Part shown: positions 27,104 through 37,868 of the stretch, piece by piece
Numbering within the stretch: the stretch's first letter is position 1
How the letters are laid out: each line of letters opens with the position of its first letter
Assembly: GCA_036384915.1 (NCBI GenBank)
Contig: DASVLJ010000042.1
Span: 33,013 to 97,012 of the forward strand
Direction of reading: 5' to 3'
Length of the DNA stretch: 64,000 bases
From: Burkholderiaceae bacterium
Lineage (GTDB): Bacteria > Pseudomonadota > Gammaproteobacteria > Burkholderiales > Burkholderiaceae_D
Position numbers and translations under genes: made by a program
Notes under the pieces: generated by a model
What the model was told of the DNA's origin: nothing
The model's input: the letters and a program-made list of their open reading frames with translations, nothing else
Databases searched by the model: none

Positions 27104-28510
27104 ATGGTATTCAGTTCGGCCACTTTTCTGTTTTACTTTTTGCCGATCTTCCTGTCGCTCTATTATTTCCTGCCGACGAAGAATCTGGTCTTGCTGGTTG
27201 CGAGCCTGATCTTTTACGCCTGGGGCGAGCCGGCCTTCGTCCCGATCCTTGTTTTCTCGGCCCTGCTCAATTATTCCTTCGGCCGGTGGATTGCTTCTGC
27301 GAAACGCCACCGCAGGCTGCTCTTGTCGCTCGGCATTGCGTTCAATATCGGTTTGCTGGTCAAGTACAAATACGCAGCCTTTCTTGCCGAGGCTCTCAAT
27401 GAAGTCATCTTGCCATGGCATGTCAGTATTGACGTGCCGCGGATTATCCTGCCCCTCGGTATCTCGTTTTTCACCTTCCAGGGCATTTCCTATCTGATCG
27501 ACGTCTATCGCAAGGAAGTCTCGGCACAAAAAAGCTTGCTCGTCTTTGCCATGTACAAAGCCATGTTCCCGCAATTGGTCGCCGGGCCCATCGTGCGCTA
27601 CAAGCAAATCGCCGACGAGATCGAACATCGCGTGATCGGCAACGAGCGCATCGGGCAAGGCGCGAAGCAATTCGTCGCCGGCCTGGCGCAGAAGGTATTG
27701 ATTGCCAATGCAGTGGGCTATTGCGCCAACCGGATTTTTGCCATTGACGCCGCCAATCTCGATGCGCCCACATCCTGGATCGGCATCGCCTGCTACACGA
27801 TCCAGATCCTGTACGACTTTGCCGGCTACAGCAACATGGCCATCGGCATCGGACACATGATCGGCTTTACTTATCCGCCCAATTTCGAGCAACCGTATTC
27901 GTCCCTATCGCTAACGGAATTCTGGCGCCGCTGGCACATCAGTTTGTCGTCCTGGTTTCGCGATTATCTGTATATCCCGTTCGGGGGTAATCGTGTCTCG
28001 CCGCTTCGTACTTATGTCAACCTGGCATTGGTGTTTTTCCTCTGCGGGCTGTGGCATGGTGCGGCCTGGACCTTCGTCATCTGGGGATGCTGGCATGGTG
28101 CAATCCTGATCCTGGAACGCAGCGGATTCGGCAGGGTGTTGGCGAAACTGCCTGCCCCGGTCGCCCAGGCTTACACGCTCTTCGTTGTCATGCTTGGCTG
28201 GGTCTTCTTCCGGGCGCCGGACCTCCCATACGCGTTCGCTTATTTGCAGGCAATGTGCGGCCTGCATGCCGCGACACCGGCAACGTTGCCCTGGCAAATG
28301 GCGTTGAGCACCTCGGCAGCGGCCGCCCTGGCCATTGGCGCCCTGCTGGCACTGGTCCGGCAAGAGCAACTGGCTGCCTTGGGGGAATGGCTGATGCGCA
28401 AACGAATCGGCGGCCCTGTCGCGTTTGCCGCGACCATGGCCGCCTATGTGTTTTCCGTGGCCAGCCTGGCTTCGGGCACCTATAACCCCTTCATCTATTT
28501 CCGCTTTTGA
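27104..28510 (+). CDS. MBOAT family O-acyltransferase (AlgI/DltB-like)
   Basis: 468 aa multi-TM protein. N-terminus MVFSSATFLFYFLPIFLSLYYFLP and a conserved His region (LWHGAAWTFVIWGCWHG) are typical of AlgI-type MBOATs. Confidence 0.85.
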   Translation: MVFSSATFLFYFLPIFLSLYYFLPTKNLVLLVASLIFYAWGEPAFVPILVFSALLNYSFGRWIASAKRHRRLLLSLGIAFNIGLLVKYKYAAFLAEALNEVILPWHVSIDVPRIILPLGISFFTFQGISYLIDVYRKEVSAQKSLLVFAMYKAMFPQLVAGPIVRYKQIADEIEHRVIGNERIGQGAKQFVAGLAQKVLIANAVGYCANRIFAIDAANLDAPTSWIGIACYTIQILYDFAGYSNMAIGIGHMIGFTYPPNFEQPYSSLSLTEFWRRWHISLSSWFRDYLYIPFGGNRVSPLRTYVNLALVFFLCGLWHGAAWTFVIWGCWHGAILILERSGFGRVLAKLPAPVAQAYTLFVVMLGWVFFRAPDLPYAFAYLQAMCGLHAATPATLPWQMALSTSAAAALAIGALLALVRQEQLAALGEWLMRKRIGGPVAFAATMAAYVFSVASLASGTYNPFIYFRF

Positions 28511-28512
28511 TC

Positions 28513-30156
28513 ATGAAGAGCCTTGCTCAACATCTCAAGACGAATTGGCTCAAGCTTGCCGTCATCTTGTTTCTTGCGCTGCCTGCCTTCGTGGCCAGCC
28601 GCAGCGGCTCGGGAGAAAATCGCCAGCTCGCTTCCTTGCCGGATTTTCCCGCTTCATGGGCACGCGCTCTGGAAGCCCCCAGGCAACTTGACGCCTGGGT
28701 CAACGACCATTTCGGTTTTCGTTATTACCTCGTGCGCCTCGATGCCCGGGCCCGCTATGCACTATTCCGTGATTTCACTTCGAAGCAAGTCATCGAAGGC
28801 CCCAACGGGCGGGTATATGTCTCCTCGCATGACAAAAGCTTTCCTCCCTATTCCGCCATCACCAGGGTGTGTTCGTTCACCGACAATGCACCGGACCATG
28901 CGATCTACTATGTCAATCAGATGTTTATCGATTTTCAGCAAAGAGGAATGCATCCGCAACTTCTTATCGCGCCGTCTTCGCCGGTGATCGAATACCGCGA
29001 TCTGCCGCCATGGCTGCGGCAGCGCTGCGCCGGGACCGATACGCCCGTCAACCGGGTACTGCAATCGCCCAAGCTCGACGAGGAAGCGCGCAAGGCCATC
29101 TTCTACCCTCTGGCGGAAATGCGTGCCATCAATAGTCAAACGGATTTGTTCCCCAAGACCTGGTTTCACTGGTCCGGCCCCGGGTTGGCATCCATCGTCG
29201 ACTTGAGCGTGGAAAAAATCACGAAGCAGAAAGCGCCCAAGGTCAGCGCGCTGCCGACACGCGAATTCACCATGGGTTCGGACGTGCCGTCGATGCTGGC
29301 CGGTGTGCCGCTCCCTAGCGAAGTGCTGAAGCCGGACTTCGCATCGTCAGGCATTGCGGCCTGCAGCGGTCCCTCGTGCTTCCCGGAACTTGGCACCGCC
29401 GCCGCGAAAATCGCGGATCTGTCGCGCTTCGGCAATCCCAGCGCACCGATCAAGCGGCGCCTGCTGCTGCTTTCCGATTCTTTCGGCGCAGGTATTGCCG
29501 GATACTATGCGCGCGACTATGCCACCGTGGAGCATATTGCCGGGAACAACCTGACCAGGCTGGACGACGAAGAAAACCGGCGGCTGCAACAGCTGATATT
29601 TCGAGATCCGGCAACAACAGATGTGATCGTGCTATTCCACGACGGCGGTGCGATATACGATACCCTGGAGGATGATCTTGCTCGGCTGGTGGAACCCGCA
29701 TCGCAAGCCCCGGCTTTGGATGCGGCGCAATATCGCCCCCTTGCGCAAGAGATTTACCTGGCCTTGTTGGGCAGAGCTGCGGACCCGAAAGGGCTCGACA
29801 ATCTGAGCGCACTATTGGCTGTGGCGCGGGTTCCGCCCGACATGGAAGAATTTGCCGCTGCCTACGTCAAGAACCGCAAAGTCAGGCATATTGTCGACAG
29901 CTTCAGCAACAGTGCCGAAGCGCGCAGGGCAAACGTGGAAAACACAGCGGCATTCGTGTCTACGGCTTATGCAAAAATGTTCGGACGAAAGCCTGCCTTC
30001 GATGAACTCAGCCATTGGGTCAATGCCATCGACAAGGACAAACTCAATCGCGGGCAGGCGAAATTGCTGATCATGGCGCAGGCGGTTGGCAAAAAGACGG
30101 CGCAGAACGAAGCTGACGCCGATTTGGTGAGCAAGAAGATTTCAAGCAGCACCTGA
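28513..30156 (+). CDS. AlgX/AlgJ-like periplasmic O-acetylation partner with C-terminal DUF4214 domain
   Basis: ATG 3 nt after the MBOAT stop (operon). N-terminal signal/anchor. DHFGFRYY is reminiscent of the AlgJ/AlgX N-terminal motif. The C-terminal third (…EIYLALLGRAADPKGLDNLSALL…) resembles DUF4214. Confidence 0.6.
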   Translation: MKSLAQHLKTNWLKLAVILFLALPAFVASRSGSGENRQLASLPDFPASWARALEAPRQLDAWVNDHFGFRYYLVRLDARARYALFRDFTSKQVIEGPNGRVYVSSHDKSFPPYSAITRVCSFTDNAPDHAIYYVNQMFIDFQQRGMHPQLLIAPSSPVIEYRDLPPWLRQRCAGTDTPVNRVLQSPKLDEEARKAIFYPLAEMRAINSQTDLFPKTWFHWSGPGLASIVDLSVEKITKQKAPKVSALPTREFTMGSDVPSMLAGVPLPSEVLKPDFASSGIAACSGPSCFPELGTAAAKIADLSRFGNPSAPIKRRLLLLSDSFGAGIAGYYARDYATVEHIAGNNLTRLDDEENRRLQQLIFRDPATTDVIVLFHDGGAIYDTLEDDLARLVEPASQAPALDAAQYRPLAQEIYLALLGRAADPKGLDNLSALLAVARVPPDMEEFAAAYVKNRKVRHIVDSFSNSAEARRANVENTAAFVSTAYAKMFGRKPAFDELSHWVNAIDKDKLNRGQAKLLIMAQAVGKKTAQNEADADLVSKKISSST

Positions 30157-30171
30157 TGCCGGCACGGCTCG

Positions 30172-31272
30172 TCATGCCGGCATTTCCCGCACATCGAAAC
30201 CTCCGAGCGCGCCAAGGTAGTCTTCCACGCTGAGCAAGCCCATGCAAGGCATGGCGCCGTGCGGCAAGCTTTCGCCTTGCGCCAGCTTGCGCGCCAGTGC
30301 AATCGAGGCGCCGCAGGGGATGTGCGGCCCGTGATTTTGCGCCGCCACCACATGCCAGGTCAATTGCAGCGGCGCCCCGTCCTGCCCCACACCTTCAAGC
30401 TTGACGAACATGCCGCCCTTGTCGCTGATGAAGGGTTCCATCCAGCCGCTCAGACGATGCAGGGGTGGGGCCCAGCGCGCAAGGCTGGACAGCAAGCCCA
30501 GCCGCACGAGGTGTCCGCCGGCCCAGACCACGAGGTGTCCGGCAAAGCCGGCGAACCCGGCATGAAAGCTGACGGAGCGCACGCCGGCATAGCGTTGGGG
30601 GAAGAGCGTCAAGTCGGGTACGTCGCAGCTGCCGAGCCGGCGCACGCCGACCGGTGCCGGAAAACGGTAGCGTATCGAATCGAGCCAGCCATGCACGGTT
30701 TGCCATTGCCCCTGCTCCAGGCGCTGGAAGGGCTTGCCGCAATAGCCGAACACGCCGCGCATGGTGGCGAGACCGGGTGCGCGTGCCGCCGAACCTATGC
30801 CGTGTCGGATCGCATCGAGCCGTGAAAAGTGCGGCAGGTAACGGTCGACCACGGCGGAAGACAGGGCCGGCAGCGAACTTGCGCCCGAGGTGACGAGCAC
30901 ACCGGCAGCGCGCGCCGCAGCATCGAGCGATGCAATGCCGGCGACGAAATCGCGCCCATCGGCCAGATCGATATAGTTGGCGCCTGCTGCTATCGCCGCC
31001 TGTGCCACGGCATAGTCCTGCCCCTGGAACGGCCCGGCCGTGTGGATCAAGCTGTTGACACCCAGCTTGCGCAGCGTTTGCGCCAGACCGGGCGCGCGGG
31101 CATCGAGCGCCAAGCCTTGTTCCGCCGGCAGGCCGAGGCTGCGCGCTGCCTGTCGCGCCTTTTCTGCGTTGCGGCCGGCGATCAGTAACCGGATTGCCGC
31201 ATGCCCATGCAGGGCTTGGCAAATGCGTGCGCCGAAAAAGCCATAGCCGCCCAGCACCAGGACGGTATGCAT
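30172..31272 (-). CDS. saccharopine dehydrogenase-like NAD(P)-binding oxidoreductase
   Basis: N-terminal Rossmann motif VLVLGGYGFFGARI with a saccharopine-DH-like domain layout. Confidence 0.7.
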   Translation of the reverse strand: MHTVLVLGGYGFFGARICQALHGHAAIRLLIAGRNAEKARQAARSLGLPAEQGLALDARAPGLAQTLRKLGVNSLIHTAGPFQGQDYAVAQAAIAAGANYIDLADGRDFVAGIASLDAAARAAGVLVTSGASSLPALSSAVVDRYLPHFSRLDAIRHGIGSAARAPGLATMRGVFGYCGKPFQRLEQGQWQTVHGWLDSIRYRFPAPVGVRRLGSCDVPDLTLFPQRYAGVRSVSFHAGFAGFAGHLVVWAGGHLVRLGLLSSLARWAPPLHRLSGWMEPFISDKGGMFVKLEGVGQDGAPLQLTWHVVAAQNHGPHIPCGASIALARKLAQGESLPHGAMPCMGLLSVEDYLGALGGFDVREMPA

Positions 31273-31275
31273 AAT

Positions 31276-32091
31276 TCAGGCCTTGCAGCGCAAGATGGTG
31301 TCGCGCAACAAGCCGTCGAGCACGCCGAAATCCTGCCGCGCTTCCTCCGGTGCGCTATCGTGCGTCAGCCGCTCCAGATGTTCGGCGATGAAGGCGTGGA
31401 TGGCCGGTACCGGTTTACCGAGTTCGCCTTCCGCAGCGCGGCGCTTGACGGCAAGCAGTTCGGCGATGGCGGTTTTCAAGTTTTCGCCGGCCAGCGCATC
31501 GACCATATCCTGGAAGCGCATCGGCACCGGGCCGCGGCCCTGCTCTATCCAGAGGCAGGCGAACACGGGGCGCAGCACGTAGAGATATTTCTTCAGCCGC
31601 ACGGCCTCGCCTTGTAGATGTTCGCGATAATTCTTTTGCGCCATGTGCAGGTAGTGATGGAAGGCCCGCTCGGGGCGATGCACCGCCTGTGCCGCCGCGC
31701 GCACCTGTTGCAGGAACAAGGCATCGGCACGGTAGACCACGGGCGAAGACAGCCATTCGATCAGCGTCGCATTGCCGTTCCTGAGCAAGCCCAGCGCCTT
31801 GCGCAAATCCCAGCCGCCGACGTCATAGATTTCGTTGACCGGCAACTCGATCACGTCGCGCCCCGGAAACACCGTCAGATACCAATCGAGCTTGTGCACA
31901 TATAAAAAGCGTACATCATAGTCGCTGTCGGGCGAGGCAAATCCCCAGCCGCGGCTGCCCGATTCGCAGGCGAACAGGATTTGCACCTCGTGTTCCTGTT
32001 CGACGCGCGCCAGCGTTGCCTCGATCTCCCTGCGGATCGCCGGGTCGATGGGGTGTTCAGGGTCGATTTGATGAGTCATGCCAAGTATCAA
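31276..32091 (-). CDS. nucleotidyltransferase (Pol-beta superfamily) domain protein
   Basis: FACESGSRGWGFASPDSDYDVRF matches the GS-x9-13-DxD nucleotidyltransferase signature. Confidence 0.6.
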   Translation of the reverse strand: MILGMTHQIDPEHPIDPAIRREIEATLARVEQEHEVQILFACESGSRGWGFASPDSDYDVRFLYVHKLDWYLTVFPGRDVIELPVNEIYDVGGWDLRKALGLLRNGNATLIEWLSSPVVYRADALFLQQVRAAAQAVHRPERAFHHYLHMAQKNYREHLQGEAVRLKKYLYVLRPVFACLWIEQGRGPVPMRFQDMVDALAGENLKTAIAELLAVKRRAAEGELGKPVPAIHAFIAEHLERLTHDSAPEEARQDFGVLDGLLRDTILRCKA

Positions 32092-32375
32092 GGTTGAATT
32101 TTCGCAAGGAGTTTACCGTGCTGTTCGCGCCAGAAATAAATTTGGGAATTGAATGGCCAAATTGAGTCAAATGTTTCGTAGTCTCATAGTTAAGTTCAAT
32201 CGATCCGATTGTGATTTGAGCTATTGTCGAATTCAAATCAATCAATTTGAGCTATTGAGCTGGCGTAACTAGACTGTAGCTATGATGTTCATCCGGGCCT
32301 GTAAAGGGCACGGTGAATGACTGCGAACCGACATGGGTGATGGGTGCCTGGCAGGCCTTTCACTTTTTCACGTAA

Positions 32376-34580
<2,205 letters not shown>

Positions 34581-34596
34581 AAAGCCAGGGAATGGG

Positions 34597-34630
34597 CGGG
34601 CCGGCATTAGCGCCGGCCGCGCCGTTTTAC
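34597..34630. terminator. candidate bidirectional Rho-independent terminator between katG and the dGTPase-like gene
   Basis: Hairpin GGCCGGC-ATTAGC-GCCGGCC followed by GTTTTA. Confidence 0.4.
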
Positions 34631-36087
34631 AGGTCGATCGCCGCCAGGCGGCGGTAGATCGTCAACGCCGAATTGTCGGATTGGCCCGCGATGAAATCGA
34701 CCACGAGGTGGGCGCGCACGTTCCATTCCTCGAACTCGTGATCGCGCCCGCCCAGGTGGGCCACGGCCTGCGAATAGGCGAGGCGGCATTCCGACGGGAT
34801 CAGCGCCAGCAATTGCTGTTCGAGGAAAAGCGAAGGATCGTTGTTGGAAGATGCCATCGCGGCCTGGAAGCGCGGCATCGACACCCTGAGCAGTATGGCG
34901 AATTGCTGCAGCAGATCCTTGACGATATTGTAGCCGTCGAGCGCGTGGCGCTGCACCTGCTCCAGCGTACGGATGTGCGCGGCGCAAAAGTTGCGCAGCG
35001 TCTGCAGCAGCACGGCTGTGCCCGAAGTGGGCGGCAACACGCTGTCGAGTTTGCCGGCGAAGACGTCTTCCTGCAGTCCGAGGAAGCAGCGCGCGGCATA
35101 GTCGGCCATCACGCTGAACAATTCGGCGCGTACGCTGGCGAAGGCCGCAGCGCTGCCGACATCGGCCGCCTGGCCCAATAACTCCATGATTTTTTCGTCG
35201 GCATCGTCCGGGTCCATCGGGATATAGGTCGAGAGCCATTCGTCGCGCAAGGTCTTGAGGGCGGCGCCGGCATCGACCGCACCGATGGCGATGGCATCTT
35301 CCAGATCGCCGAAGCCGGCGACGATCTCGTGCGCCGCTTCGACCAGCAGCGTGAGCGGGAAACGCCGCGGTGCCCCGGCGTCAATGCCGAAGGCCGACCA
35401 GATGCCCTTGACCAGGCCGGCTTCGGTGGAAAAGAACCCGGCATGCTCACCCGCTTTGCCGGCTGCGATCGAATCGCCGCCGCACATGTCGAGATGGCGA
35501 AGGTAGGTGGCGAGGCTGGTCTTGGTCAGGTTCAAGCCGCCGGGCTCGCCATGCCAATGCCATTTGCCGAGCAGGCGCAAGCCTTGCGGCACATCATTGA
35601 ATTGATGGAAATCGGTCAGCGCATTCAACACACGCGGGTCGCGCGCTTCCAGCTCGCGCGCGCCGTAGGCCAGGCTGGCGGCGCGAATCAAACCCGGGCC
35701 TTCTTCGGCGAACCAGTTGCGTATTGCCGCTGCGCCGGCTTCGCCATAGGGCGGGCTGCCGACGTCGCGCGCCAGGCAGGCCGTTTCGACGAAGGCCGGC
35801 AACGCGGCATAGGTTTCGCCATCGGCGCGGCCTTGTGCCGCCAGGCCGGCCGCCACGCGCGCGGCGATGGTGCGTCCGACCTGCGACACCTGCAAGGCAT
35901 GGCTCAGGCGGCTGCGCACCGCCGTGCTGCTGGTCAGGGAAAACAATTGCCCCTGTTGCTGCAGGCGGCGGAAGGCGGGGGAGAACACGATGCGGCCGCG
36001 ATCGGCCTCGCCCTCGGCCGAAAGGGACGATGCGGAGCCGGTGCGCAGGCGCTCGGTCTTCAGGATGGATGCGTAGTCCGGAGTCAT
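34627..36087 (-). CDS. dGTPase-family (deoxyguanosinetriphosphate triphosphohydrolase-like) HD-domain protein
   Basis: DRGRIVFSPAFRRLQQQGQLFSL...RSRLSHALQVSQVGR parallels the dGTPase motif DRDRIIHSSAFRRL...HNRLTHSLEV. Start set at MTPDYASIL. Confidence 0.7.
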   Translation of the reverse strand: MTPDYASILKTERLRTGSASSLSAEGEADRGRIVFSPAFRRLQQQGQLFSLTSSTAVRSRLSHALQVSQVGRTIAARVAAGLAAQGRADGETYAALPAFVETACLARDVGSPPYGEAGAAAIRNWFAEEGPGLIRAASLAYGARELEARDPRVLNALTDFHQFNDVPQGLRLLGKWHWHGEPGGLNLTKTSLATYLRHLDMCGGDSIAAGKAGEHAGFFSTEAGLVKGIWSAFGIDAGAPRRFPLTLLVEAAHEIVAGFGDLEDAIAIGAVDAGAALKTLRDEWLSTYIPMDPDDADEKIMELLGQAADVGSAAAFASVRAELFSVMADYAARCFLGLQEDVFAGKLDSVLPPTSGTAVLLQTLRNFCAAHIRTLEQVQRHALDGYNIVKDLLQQFAILLRVSMPRFQAAMASSNNDPSLFLEQQLLALIPSECRLAYSQAVAHLGGRDHEFEEWNVRAHLVVDFIAGQSDNSALTIYRRLAAIDL

Positions 36088-36750
36088 TTTGTCCAAGGCT
36101 CTATCGATCTGCCCTCCGCATTCAGAGAGGGGCCGGGCGTGATGCCGCAGCACGCTCCCGGCGATTGTATGACCGTGCGCAACAATTGGCAAAGCGCCAC
36201 GGTGCTGCGGTGCACGATAGCGTGGCATTGTTGCGAAATCTCCGCATGCAATGCTGGAAAAGAGCAGGCAAACGGGTTACACTTGATTTGCTCTTTTAAC
36301 AAGTCGAATATCGGCTTAAATCGTGTAGGAAAAATCTGTCACGTCCAGATGGATTGCGCGATGAATTGCAAAAATCGGAGACAATTTCCAGACTGGTATG
36401 GTCGCAAAACTGGCGATTTGCGTGGGGAAATTGTTACATCGGCAGAATTTACCTTTCGAGTTCGCAAAAAAGTGTTAAATGGCAAATGCCGGTAATAAGG
36501 CGCTGTAAAATAGAATTGAATCAACAAGAAGCGGGATCTACAAGAAATACTGCTTCCATAAATCAAAGCGGTACGGAAGAAACGACGAAGACTTCGCGCA
36601 GGGAAAGGCAGGGTGGCGCGAGGAACTTGCTTTGTGGCGAGCCGGTCTGAAAGGCAGGTCGCCGCGGGGTCAGACCTATCGAGCCCGGTGGTCGCACTGC
36701 GATGCCGAACCATCCCTGCGGCGCATGATGTACGGGGGAATGAAGTGGAA

Positions 36751-37620
36751 ATACTCGGTGTGATCCTGGGCGTGGTGGCCGTTCTTGGGATAGGGGCGGC
36801 AATCTTCCTGCGCCAGCAATCGGCAAAAAAGAATACCTTCTCGCGCTACGAAGAAAAGCCTGTCTTGAACAAGGATGAAACCGTCCTGTTCGGGCGGTTG
36901 TGCCGTGCGTTGCCGAATTGCTACATATTCCCCAAAATGCCGGTCTCGCACCTGATCGAGCCGATGGAAGGCGACCGCAAGCGTACGCCACACCATTACG
37001 AGCGCATCGCAGACATGGCAGTCGATTTCGCCGTGTTCGATGGCGACCTTTCCCTGGTTTGCGTGATCCTGCTCGAACCGGAAGGCGTTATGGGCAACGA
37101 CCAGATGCGGCACGCCATCCTCGACCGCTGTCTGAAGAGCGCCACGGTCAAGGCCATGCGCTGGAGCACCAACAACAAGCCGTCGGTCGAGCAGATCAGC
37201 CGCTCCATTCTGCCGATGACCAACGCATCGCGCCCGACGCTGGACACCGGCAGCACGCTCAACCCTGCACCCGCGACAGCATCGAACACAGTCAGCCCGG
37301 ACACGGTGCAGCGAATCTATAAGGCCGACCCGGTGCCATCCAACATCCGCGGCCTGAGCCAGGAACAGCTCGACGCATTGACGCCGGCCAAGTATCTCGC
37401 AACCAACTACCCGCACATCTGGCAGCGCATCTGCCTGTTCGCATCCGAGCCCAAGCATTTGCAGAAATACCTGCAATCGCTCTCGATCCAGGACCGCGGC
37501 GAGAAGCGCGCCGGCTTCCCGGTCGAGGCGCTCAAGGAAATCACCGATATCCAGATAGAGAATGATCGCTTCCTGACCGGGCCGATTACCGGGTGGCAGC
37601 CGGCGTTTATCAATCGGTGA
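36751..37620 (+). CDS. DUF2726 (NERD-related) domain protein with N-terminal TM helix
   Basis: KDETVLFGRLCRALPNCYIFPKMPVSHLIE...HYERIADMAVDFAVFDGDLSLVCVILLEP matches the DUF2726 core. Start (GTG/ATG) uncertain. Confidence 0.55.
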   Translation: MLGVILGVVAVLGIGAAIFLRQQSAKKNTFSRYEEKPVLNKDETVLFGRLCRALPNCYIFPKMPVSHLIEPMEGDRKRTPHHYERIADMAVDFAVFDGDLSLVCVILLEPEGVMGNDQMRHAILDRCLKSATVKAMRWSTNNKPSVEQISRSILPMTNASRPTLDTGSTLNPAPATASNTVSPDTVQRIYKADPVPSNIRGLSQEQLDALTPAKYLATNYPHIWQRICLFASEPKHLQKYLQSLSIQDRGEKRAGFPVEALKEITDIQIENDRFLTGPITGWQPAFINR

Positions 37621-37868
37621 GTTGATTCCACCGGAAAGAAAGGCGGTTCATTGGCTTGACACCGTTCAGACAGATCACAAAAGGCCGCTGCTCAGCGGCC
37701 TTGTCGTTTCCGGTACGTTGTGCTGGTCGCCGCACGGTGAATGCAAGTGAAGTCCAATGTCGGATGGCAACGCGTGGTGTGAGCCGGCCAAGGTCGGATG
37801 CGCATGCGCACACAGGCAGCACGGTGCAGCGGCAAATGGCGCTTATCAATTTGCGGTTCATGAGTGCA

